From Cycas panzhihuaensis (Eukaryota; Plantae; Cycadophyta), in the NCBI GenBank assembly GCA_023213395.1, contig CM041465.1, positions 187,557,741 to 187,621,740 on the forward strand: a stretch of 64,000 nucleotides of DNA, read 5' to 3'. A model generated the notes under the pieces. It was given only the letters and a program-made list of their open reading frames with translations, was not told the origin of the DNA and did not search any database. Of this stretch, positions 34,976 to 47,175 are shown piece after piece. The position numbers and the translations under genes were made by a program. Numbering within the stretch: the first letter of the stretch is position 1; each line of letters begins with the position of its first letter.

Positions 34976-35276
34976 TGTCAATCCTTTTTTCTTTATTATT
35001 TGGGCTCTCCCCAATGTGGTATCTAGGATTGATCAAGCCATATGTGTTTGCAAGTCATTCGCCATTTCATCCTTTGTATGTTGCATTCTCTATTCTTTGC
35101 ATTCCTTTCACTATTTCCTCAATTCTTTGCACATCTACCACTATTTATTGTGGTAAAATTCTACTTAAATTTTGCATTATTTATGACATGCTTGTCTACA
35201 CTTTTATGTTTTTGTTGTGGCATTTTCATATAACTTACCTATGTCACCATCTCCACCTCTTAAATGCCTTTACTGT

Positions 35277-35776
35277 AGCATTTTTTGTGCATTCTACTAT
35301 GACTCTCATGTTTTCCATTTCACTACATTATTTGCAATTCTCATTTCTTTGTTTCACTTTTTTGTTTTATTTCATTGCTTTGCTTTTAGGTTCTCTATTT
35401 CGTTCTCAATTTTCATGGGAAGTAGTTGAATCATCGTTGTGGGGAATTCAACATAAACAAGCATCTTCATATGTTTTGTGTTTGTAACTGTTTTGAGTTG
35501 CATTCTTCTTCGCTATGCATTGCATTAATAGTTTTTGTGCATTCTACTATGACTCTCATGTTTTCCATTTCGCTACATTATTTGCAATTCTCATTTCTTT
35601 GTTTCACTTTTTTGTTTTATTTCATTGCTTTGTTTTTATGTTCTCTATTTCGTTCTCAATTCTCATGGGAAGTAGTTGAATCATCATTGTGGGGGATTCA
35701 ACGTAAACAAGCATCTTCATTTGTTTTGTGTTTGCAAATGTTTTGAGTTGCATTCTTCTTCGCTATGCATTGCATT
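35277..35776. repeat. 250-bp direct tandem duplication (2 near-identical copies)
   Basis: GTGCATTCTACTATGACTCTCATG starts at 35287 and again at 35537, and the copies are collinear to about 35526 and 35776. Confidence 0.92.
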
Positions 35777-38700
35777 CTTAATTTTGAGTTGCATTCATCT
35801 TTTGTTCATTCGTCTGCTTGCATTTGCATTCATTCATTTGGTGTTGTATTCTTTGGTGGGCATTTTGCATGTGTCAATAAACAGAGCATAAGTGTGAGAA
35901 AGCAAGATTAAAGGAAGGGTTTGTTGGGGTTAAATTTGGTACCTATACACCCTAGACAATAGAAAAATAACAATATGTGTTTACCATGACATGGTGAGTG
36001 TAAGAATGCATCAACAAATGTTCATATAGAGGAACACATGGTGAAAACTAGTGAATTCTACCAAAAAAGAGTTCTTGGGGAATGATAGGGTGCATTCTAG
36101 AGTAGAATGCAACACAGTCAAAAACGCATGTAGAAAACATAGAACACATTCCAATTGAAGAGATAAGTTCTAGGCATGCTAATGTCATCATTACATGTAT
36201 TTGTATGGTTATATGAGTGAAATAATGTGTTAAAAAACATATTAAAGAGTCATTATTGAAAGGTGTATTTTGTTATGAAATGGAATGGTTGCAATTGTAA
36301 GTCACGATCATTGACTGAAAAGTCATGTAAATAGGTATTTATGGGTTATTTCTCCACCTTGTTGGTGTGAGAGCTGAGTATATTGTGATGGTGTTTATGT
36401 TTCTAGTGAGAAAGAGCCATAAGTGATCAAAATAGTGATATTGCTTAATAAAATTAGAGTTACATGAAAACTATGTATTATGTGTCTGATTATGATTGAT
36501 GTTATGTTGATGCTGTGGTATTGTTAGGATGTTGTGATGCCATTATTATGGTGTATTGATAGATTTATGAACGTATATGATGTATGTATATGTGTTATGA
36601 GACCTACATGTTGACATAACTCTAGATAGACTACTAGAAGTGACTCTTTGACAAGTGTGCTTACCAAGGGGCTAGAAAGTAGGCTAATATTGGTTTCATT
36701 GCTTATGTCTATTGAGGAGGGATTGAGTCGAAGCTTCACCATATGAACCCATGCCCAAAGACCAAGGAACCCTGGCTGTCATCATGATGGCAAGCCATAA
36801 CTAAGCCTTCAATCCCTAGGGGACCTTTTAATGCCACCAAAATGTCTTTTAAAGGCAAATGAGCCACCTAAACAACCTTCACCCAAGGGAATTTAGGAAT
36901 CTGCTAGACAAAGGGCCATAATATGGGCAAATGACAGGAAATTAAGAAGGGCAAAAAGATTAAGTTCTATTAAAAAGGACAAGACCAAGGGTCGGCTTGT
37001 CAAAGAGTCTAAGGCAAGTGGCACCCAGACACCTAAAGAATAGGGAAATGAAGAACATGGGGGTTCAATGGTGCTAACACTTTCCCCATTTGGATCAAAT
37101 ATGCTCAGCCTAGAAAAAGAGGAAGAGGAGATTCCAAAGGAGGATGAAGATTCAAAAGAAGAAAACAATTCTTCAGAGGAGGAAGGAGAAATCCTAGGGA
37201 AGGATGAAGTGTGGACTCTAGTTTTAAGAGCCTAAGTGATAATGAGGAAGAAATAGAGGAAGGTCCCTTGGCATATTGGGAAAATCATCTCACAAGATAG
37301 TTGTTTGAGGATATGCCAGAAAAAAGATTAGTAGGTATTCTTGATTATGACATTGTTGATAATATAGACACAACACTATTCTAAGCTTATTCATTTGAGC
37401 ACACCTTTTTAGAATCCTTTATTTGGGAAAGATAGTATTAAGAGGCATCTACTTAAGACACCATTGAAACCTAATATAGTAGAGGAAAGAGTTGTAACTC
37501 TGAACATAGAAGTTACACCACCTGACTTTCTAAAGATAGAAGTTATACCACCTGATTCTCTAAAAATGGGAGATTTAAAAGAATTTGGGAAGTTAATGTT
37601 TGATGATACATTAGATGTTGTTGAGCATGCATACTTATTTCAAAATCTGATAAATGTGAAGAAAATTATAGGTAAGTTCAAGGCTAGATTTGCATGTACA
37701 TTGTGGGGTGTGCCATTAGCATGGTAAAAAGAATTTGATGAGAAAAAACCTTAGGAAGAGGTGGAGAAGAAGTTCAAGGAAAGATTCGAGAAATTTCGCA
37801 ATAATGAAATCATGGAAATTGCTCTAAAGAAAATCAACCAAAGACCTAGAGAGTCCTTGTTGACCTTCATAAGTCGTATGAAGATCGTAGCTACTAACAT
37901 GACAAATGGAAGTGGTAGATTATAACATGATGAATTACTTTATCAAAAGATTGAATGAGAAACTTAAAAGAACAATGTCGATACACCCACTAAAATATTT
38001 TCAAAATGATTAAGAGTTAGCATTAGAGTTTGAAGAACAGATGGATGCCTACATGGGAGGGCATGAGGTGTTATTATTGAAGATGTAGGATGAATTCTAG
38101 GTAATGAAGTGTCAACAAAATAGTAAATGGTATTTCCAAGTTAAAAAAATGAAGATTCTGAATTAGAAGACCTTAGGAAGGAGGTGGTAAGATTGAAAAT
38201 GAAAACAAACAAAAATGAAGGAGAAGAAGACAAAGGGAAAAAAGAGAAAAGCAAAAAAGTCTTGAATAGATAAATGGTGTCATAATTGTGATGAAGACTC
38301 TCATTCTACAAAGGAATGCAAGTTAATCCCTAAAAATAGTATCTTAAGGAAGGAAGATAAATGGTGCCACATATGTGATGCGAACACCCACAACACGAAG
38401 GATTGCTATTTCAATCCTCATGGAAGAAGTTATAGAGGTAGAGGCAGGGGCAGAGGTACTGATTCAACTAGACATTTATATGCCACTAGAACAACACTAG
38501 AGGCCTTTAGGAGGAAGGCACCTATTGGGAGATGTTTAATTTGCCTTGAGTTCGGCCATAGAAATTATAATGTCCAATAACCATGGCACACAAATAGTGT
38601 CTTGTGTATAAAGATTGTAGACTTGGAAATCATGGCATAGGGGATTGTAAAGGGAAAGCTGAGGTAACAAACCTTAAGACTATAATCCTAGTATCAAGAA

Positions 38701-40159
38701 AAAGTGTGAAAGTACAAACAAGGAGCAAAGTGAAAGGGAAAGAAAAGGCAACAGATAACTGCCCAAATCTTAAAGTGGAAATAGACCACTTTGAAACAAG
38801 AAGAAAGGCTTTGGAGGAAGTGTCAAAGGAGGAGGAAGAGAAAAGGTTGCCAATGGGCAAGCTCGAAACAAAATATGTGTATACAAGGAATAACAAGCCA
38901 AAGGAGAAGGAATCAATGGTCCACAAGATGCCACTTGTACAACAATCACTTGTAGTCAGGAATGAACAATTATTCAAAGGTCCACCCATGGGGGATATAC
39001 TAAGGATATTGTTACTAATAGAAAATCTAGTAAAATAATTGCAACTTACTATTCCACTAGAAAAAGTCATCGAATGGATTAAAATTGGCATATTACAACC
39101 TAAAGAATCAATGTGAAGTTTGAAGAAAGGTATGCTCTCTTTTTACCTAGACTCTATAGTAACTATTATTATTTTGGGAGAAATATTTCATGGTGTGATT
39201 GTTGATGGAGGAGTTGCAGTTTGTGTACTACCAACATCAACATAAAAGAGGTTGGGAAGCCTAAAGTTGGAGGCCACAACATACTCTTTGGAATTGGCCA
39301 ATAAATTCTTGACGAAACCAATGGGGAGATTACCTAACATAAAGGTGAAAGTAGTTGACATTGTGGTTCCAATACATTTTACCATAGTGCAGGTTGTGGA
39401 AGGGATGGTGCCTTATTCAACATTGTTAGAGCACTCGTGTTTGTATGAAATGAAATGCTTCCAGAGTCAGAGGGATGTGACCTTCACCTTAATAGATGGT
39501 GGAAATGAAGTTGTGTTTCCTATGCTTGGAAAAGGGAAGCATTTGATTGAAGTGATTTCTTATGATGCCTCAAGCATGTCTATTGCTAACAATGAGACCT
39601 CATCAACTTTTGAAGAAACAAACTTATATCATGAGGCAAAAGAAGCACACACCATGAACAATTTGCATGACTATAAGCCCAATCATTATGGAGAACTCCA
39701 CCTTGACAACTCTTTAGACAAAGAGGGTGTGAAGCAATTTTAAATTATTGGATGCAAGAATCTTTTCAGGTTAATCCTCCTTCCTTCCATTGTAATTTAC
39801 TCTCTATTTGTATTTCTAGTGACGTGGATAATAATAAAAATAACAATTTTGAGTATATTAATGTTTTGTGTAGTGGTAGCGTAGAAAGCAGTGTAACAAA
39901 TGAATGTATGAATGATATTTCTTTATTACATGAGTATGAAAAGCGTAAAATAGAAGAAGTGGTAGAATCGAATTCCTTGTCACTGAACCCTAACCCTAAC
40001 CCTCCTAGTTCCAATCCTAGCTCTAGTGTTAACCCTAACCCTATACCAAAACCCAATCCTAACTTCAACCTTAACCCAAACCTTCCCTCTACTTTGGGTG
40101 TGGGTACCAAAGTGGATTCCTCTTCACAATCCGTAGCCTGTCTTGGGGAAGAGAGTAAT

Positions 40160-43100
40160 TGTTACATTCCCAATTTCTCTCCTACATTGACCAATCATAG
40201 CCTGTCTTCTGGCCGACTTCATGCTAGGTTCAATCTTAGTGAACTGTCTCATTTCTGGTAGACTTCCTTTAGAAGATTAGTTGTCTCTATATATAGGGGT
40301 TGGAGTCCCCATTCCAAATCATCATGTGGTTTTGTTCTCTTAGCATAAACTCAAGATTTAGGGCTGTAGTTAGCACGCCCATTGGTTTACAAATTCTGGA
40401 GGTAACCTTACCTTGAAGAGGGTTGGCCATCTCAAGCACGATATTGGGTGAAACAAGCGTATTCTGAGAAGTATTGGCTAGCCCTACAGATTGCATCCCT
40501 TATCCATTTTGACTGGGGTATTTACTATTTTTTGTACTTTTGTTACCATTAGCAACATTTTAGCAGACTTTTCATAGACGATTTGGAAGTCAACGAATAA
40601 TAGAGGAAGTTGTTTGCTTCAACTGGTATCAAAGCTTTGTTTCGAAGTGGGAATCCAAAGACAAATTGAAAAACAATTCAACCAAGTTCCCGCCCCACCT
40701 GCGGGACGGAACTAAGGTCAGGGAAAAGCCTTGTCTCAAACAAGATGGTGAACTGCCAAGCAACAATAACATAAGCAGAAAGAAGTAGGATAGAAGAAGT
40801 ATTATCTCACTTATCATCGAAACTTATCACTTCAATGACAAGCATCCAAGTTTCATTTGAAACTTTAAATAAGAGGCTAGATCTACAAGAAGGAGAGTCA
40901 TCAGTAGAGAAACATCAAGACATGGTAGAATTCAACAAAGCAACCCCAGATGAAGATAACCAAGGGAACGAACAACAAAAGAACTTAAGAAGATTTAGGG
41001 GTTTTACCTACGAACGACAGAATCAAAAGAGTTCCCAATCAAATCAGGGTCTTAAGGGAACCAAATTTATACTGGAAATTTTTGATCTAGAAAGATCGAG
41101 GAACATCCGAAGTTGGTTATTGCAACTGGAAACATACTTCCAAGTATATGAACTATCAGATAAGGAAAAGATATCGGCAACATCTCTACATTTGTATGGA
41201 AGGGCGTTAGAGTGGTTTTATTGGTGGCAAAAGAACAATTTGGGCCATCTAGAATCATGGGACTATCTGAAAGTAGGATTAATAAAACAATACGAAGATT
41301 CATGGAACATTGACTATTTTGCTCAGTTAACAAGATTACAAGAAAACGAAACAGTTCAAAAATACACCGAGCAATTCTAGATGCTTTAATGTCTAATACC
41401 AGAACGAATACCAACAAAATACATTCTGGAGACATACATCAGTGGATGAAAGGGAACAATCAGATTTCGCATTAAGAATATGAACCCCTCAAATATTCAT
41501 GAGGCAATCTGGTATGCAAAGAACATAGAAGCAGAATTCAAAGAGAATAGGTCTATCTACTCATGCAAAACTAAATCATACCAGCAACAGGAATCCAATT
41601 CAAATTGGACTAGGTCAGGCACAAAAGTAAGCCCACTAGTAGCAATAAAAGACACAAACGAAACAAGCAAAGTTGAACATCTCAAAAAGGGGACCTGTTT
41701 TAAATGTAAAGGAAAGTGGAATAAAGAATGCCAAAGTCCCACAAAGAAGGTATTCATGATCAATAATGATGAAGTAGAAATACTAGACGAAGAGCAGGAA
41801 GAAGTAAATCAAACCCAAGAAGAAGAAGCAGACATAGATGAACTTTTAGAAGTCAATACTGAGAATGTTCAAATCTCACTACAAGCCATAACGGGACAAA
41901 GTGTTACACCCCAAACCTTTAGGTTCTAAGGGATGATCAAAGGAGCTCCAGTTGCTATGCTTGTGGATAACAGCAGCATGCATAACTTTATCAACAGGGC
42001 CACAACAAAGAAGTTAGAACTAAAAATACAATCTTTGAATACTTTTCAAGTATCCATAGCAAACGGGAAAACCACTCCTTGTGGAGGCTACTATCAGAAG
42101 GTGAATCTCCAAATTGGAGACTATTCAGTAAATACATGTATGTTTGCAATGCCTATAGGAGGAGCTGACGCAGTCTTGGGAATTCAATGGTTACAGACCT
42201 TGGCTAATATAGTTACCAACTATATGACCCGATTCATGTGTTTCTATTAGAAAGGGTGAAAATACAGATTATAGGCACCGCCCACACCTCCAGTACAACT
42301 GGTATCTTCGCATCGCATGGAAAATATATTGAAGAAGAATCCATCATCATATATATTGACTTGTTATAAGATAGCGATAGAAGATGTACCAATAGAGGTA
42401 CAAAAGATCATAGATGAGCATAAAGCAGTATTTGAAAAACCCCAAGGAGTTCCCCCATAATGAGATTATCAGCATTCCATTGAGCTAGTACCCAAAGCAG
42501 CTCCAGTAAATATCCGACCATATAGCCACCCCTATCATCTGAAAAGAGAAATTGAAAATATCACAAGGGAATTATTAAGTCAAGGACACATCGCAACTAG
42601 TTCAAGCCCATTTGTATCACTGGTTGTGGTCAATTCAAAAAAAGATGGATCATATAGGATGTGTGTAGACTATCGAGGGTTGAACAAATTAATGGTAATG
42701 AACCGTTATCCTATCCCACAGATAGATAATTTATTAGATGACATACACAAAGCACGGTATTTCTCAAAAATCAACTTACGATCAGGGTATTATCCGATTT
42801 GTATCAAGGAGGAAGATATATACAGGACAACTTTTTGTACACATGAGGGACTATTTGAGTTTAAAGTCATGTCGTTTGGGTTGACGAGTGCCCCAACAAC
42901 TTTTCAAAGCACTATGAATTCAATTCTCAAACCACTTTTGTAGAAATTTGTGCTAGTCTTCTTCAATGACATTTTGATCTATAGTAAAACATGGGAAGAG
43001 CATCTAGACCATATCAAAGTAGTACTACAAATCCTACAATCCAATTGATTCTATGCAAATCAAAAGAAATGCACATTCAGAAAAGAAGAGATGGAATATT

Positions 43101-45694
43101 TAGGCCATATTATCACAAAGGAAGGGATAAAAATAGATTCGAAAAAGATTCAGGTCATTATTAATTGGCCAGTACCAAAACATGTGATAGGAGTAAGGAG
43201 TTTCCTCGGAGCAGCAGGATTCCTTCGCAAATTTATAAAGGGATATGCTCACATTGCATCCCCATTAATGAACCTTACAAAAAAGGACACTTTTATATAG
43301 AATCCATGAGCACAAAGTGCTTTCAAAGAACTCAAGAAAGCAATGGTCACATCTCCAGTTCTAGCAACACCAGATTTTTCACGATCGTTCATTTTGGAAT
43401 GTGATGCTTTAGGATTCAGAATAGGGGCAATACTAATTCAAAGTGAACGACCTATTACTTATGAAAGTAGGAAATTAAATAACAGGGAGAAGCTCAAACC
43501 TATTTACGACAAAGAAATGTTGGCAATCATGCATGTCATACACCAATGGCGACAATACTTATTAGGGAATAAGTTCATGGTTCGGATAGATCACGACAGT
43601 GTCAAGTATTTCTTAAACTAGAAGACACTATCAGACAAACAACAGAAATGGGTCAGCAAGCTTCAAACATTTAATTTCAGTATAGTATATAAGAAGGGTA
43701 AAGAAATTGTCATTGCAGATGCTCTTTCAAGACTACCTAGGGACAACAATGAAGAAGTTTCGTTGAAAGCAATATCAATAGCCACACCCAACTGGACTCA
43801 GGAGTTGATCAAGGAATATAAGAGCGATCCACTTTCACAGAAGATATTAGAAGGAATTAAGGACCAAAAGCCTTCCTAGTTCGAATTACAAGGAGAATTA
43901 ATTATGAGAAAGGGGAAGATATTTATTGCGATGATTTCTAAAGTAAAGAAGGCCATATTAGAAGAAGCTCACTTGGTGCCAATAATAGGACATACAGGAA
44001 TAGATAAATCATACTAGAAGATACAAATTTCTTTTTATTGGAAGGGAATAAAAGTGGATGTCCTCAACTATGTATCTGAATGTGATTTGTGCCAACAAAA
44101 TAAGAATGAATGTGTAAAGAGTCCAGGATTACTACAACCATTACCTATTCCACATCAAAAGTGGGAAGAAATCTCAATGGACTTTATCACAGGACTCCCA
44201 CAGTCTGAAGGGAAAGATGCCATCTTTGTAGTTGTAGACAAGTTAACCAAATCTGCACAGTTCAAGGGCACACAATCAATGGCAAAAACAAGTGAAATAG
44301 CAGAGATATACATGAAGGAGATACATCGTTTGCATGGGCTTCCCAAAATTATAGTTAGTGATCGGGATCCAAAGTTCACAAGCCATTTTTGGCAAGATCT
44401 ATTCAAATTAGCGAGAACAAAATTAAATATGAGTATAGCCTACCACCCACAATCAGATGGACACACAGAAGCAGTCAACAAGTGCCTAGAAAGATATTTA
44501 AGGAACTTTTCTTCTGATAAGAAAACTCAATGGCATCAATGGCTCCATTTGGTTGAATGGTGGTACAATACCACTTACCACACGACAACAAAAATGACAC
44601 CTTTCCATGCATTATATGGGTATAAGCCACCATCTATACTCTCATGGACAAAAGTATCACCGGTACAAGCAGTACACAAACAACAAGAACAGATGGAGCA
44701 AACAATGAGGATTTTGAAAGACAACTTAAATACTGCATAGAATAGAGTGAAACAGCAAGCTGATACCAAAAGATCTGAAAGGAGTATCATAGTTGGAGAC
44801 TAGGTCTTTCTAAGACTCCAACCTTACAAGCAATTATCAATGAAACAAACAAATAAACAAAAATTAGCACCACAATTCTTCGGACCTTATCAAATTATTA
44901 GGAAAACTGGGGAAGTAGCTCACCAACTAGCATTATCACCAGGAAGAAAGATCCACAATGTTTTTCATGTATCTTGCCTTAAGAAGAAGGTAGGGGAAAA
45001 GGTAGCCCTTCAAACAATAGTCCCTGAGTTAGATGAAGAAGGGAAGATTATCTTTGAGCCACAGGGGATTTTAAAAATACGAACAAAAGAATTATGATCC
45101 AGGAAGATCAAAGAATACCTCATTAAGTGGAAGACTTTAGATTTAGACGATTCTATGTGGGAATGAGAAGAATGGATGCAACAACATCCAAATCTACCCA
45201 TGCTTTGAGGTCAAAGCATATTTTAGAGGGGAGGGACTTGTTACATTCCCAATTTCTCTCCTACTTTGACCAGTCATAGCTTGTCTTCTAGCCGACTCCA
45301 TGCTAGGTTTAGTCTCAGTGAACTTTCTCATTTTTGGCCGACTTCCTTTAGAAGATTAAATGTCTCTATATATAGGAGTCCCCATTCCAAATCATCATGT
45401 GGTTTTGTTCTCTTAGCATAAACTCGGCTTTTAGGGCTGTAGTTAGCTCACCCGTTGGGCTATAATTTTTGGAGGTAACCCCACCACAAAGAGGGATGGC
45501 CATCTCAAGCACGATATTGGGTGAAACAAGCATATTCCGAGCAGTATTTGCTAGCCCTACAAATTGCACCCCTTATCCATTTTGACTGGTGTATTTACTA
45601 TTTTGTGTACTTTTGTTATCATTAGTAACTTTTTAGTGGTCTTTTCATAGACGATTTGGAAGTTAGCGAGTAATAGAGGAAGTTGTTTGCTTCA
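40160..45694 (+). mobile_element. Ty3/Gypsy chromovirus (Reina-like) element H, full length, degenerate
   Basis: LTRs at 40160-40621 and 45239-45694 (roughly 10% diverged by eye), TSD GTAAT. PBS TGGTATCAAAGC at 40624, gag-PR-RT-RH-INT order, chromodomain (EYLIKWK...DSMWE) before the PPT AGAGGGGAGGG. Confidence 0.95.
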
Positions 45695-47175
45695 GTAATA
45701 GCTCTTCCTTGTCCTCTCTATGGGTACACCCACCTAGTGACCACTCTTCTCCATCTAAAGGCAACACCCCTAAGAATCACAGGTCTGCATCAAAGGAGGA
45801 AGGGTTTACTGATGATGATATGAGGGATTCTTATTTTAGGGATAGGATAGCAATTCTGAAATTAGGAAATTTGGCCCTTTCATTAAAGACAAAGTAGCTT
45901 AATTATTTGGTAAACAATATATGGTATAACTCATCTAGCCCAATGTATGGAATATTGGATGGAACAAAAAATAGTACATAAGTCTTGTTGGGACTTGGAT
46001 TTTGTTTTGACCTTACGGGGGCTAGCCTGGCATTGGTACTTAGTCCACCAAGTTTCATTTCATAGTTGGGCGGATGTTTAAGCAACCTTCCAACTATGAT
46101 TCAACACTCCTAACAAATTGTCTATTTCACCATTTTTTGTACGAGTGTGGCCAATGAAACATGTCAAAAAGTCTAAGAACTTTTGGGTTTCTCAAAGTAT
46201 ACCCAAATGAAATTGGAGTCATATGTTTTATCAGATTTACTATTATACGCCAAATAAAAGTTGTTTATTGTATGTGGGACGAGATTATATCTTATAGAAG
46301 TCTATCCTATGTAAGGTGGCTAGATTGTTCTTTACTAGCTGAGACTTGTTTGGAGGTTGTCTAGTTATTATCAATGTTCGGATGGCTTAGAAGAAGTGTG
46401 TTGCCCTTTCCTTCCATTTGTGACTGAGATTTGAGTCTAGAGAGGGATCCAGACTATTTTTGTATGGTGGTTGGGTGGTTTTTGGAGGGTCCTTACCAGT
46501 CCTAAGGACATATTGAGTCCATTCAAAGTCTGAGTGGACCTGTGTTGTTACATGACTACCACAAGTTATGGAGATAATGCGGCAGACACAGGAGATGTGA
46601 AAAGTCACATTTCAACTTATTTTTCCCTATGTTAACCTTAATCATTGATAATCACATGTTAGAATTTGTTATTTAGCATGTGCATTAAGTTGCAAGGGGC
46701 ACAGGATTCATAAAAAATTGTGATTCTTAAGAATATGCCTTTTGGCGTATTCCCTCCAAAAAGTAACCTTATAAATAGACCTTGTACCATTGATATTGAT
46801 ATATTTCAATTGTGAATGCCTTATGAAGCCTTGTGATATGAATTGGAGATCATATTGAAGCCATTTGACATGTGAATCTGACTTGGAGATCATACACATT
46901 GCATTGTGTTAAGATTCTCTTGCTTTTGGAGCATATTCTAAAGCATTCTGAGTTCTTTTTTAAAGACTTTTTGAGTATTTTGAGGACATTTTTTGAGCTT
47001 GTTAGTGACGAGTGAACAGTTGATGAGTCGCTCTGGGTGTGCATAATCATTGTTTTGTGTTCCCAAGTGAGTGTGCTTGAGATAGAGATGATCATAGTGG
47101 TGTAATTTTATCTAGAAGATTATAAGTTTATTAGTATGATGATATTAACTCATGTGTTGGAGCATGTTTTTCAAG

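Noticed and set aside
34975-35891. Hydrophobic ORFs resembling membrane or env-like proteins
   Set aside because: They come from T-rich sequence and the 250-bp duplication (F/L/S/C bias), with no conserved motif or splice support.
39986-40082. Interstitial telomere-like (CCCTAA)n
   Set aside because: Short and degenerate, a hexamer rather than the plant heptamer, and in frame as Asn-Pro repeats. Better explained as coding low complexity.
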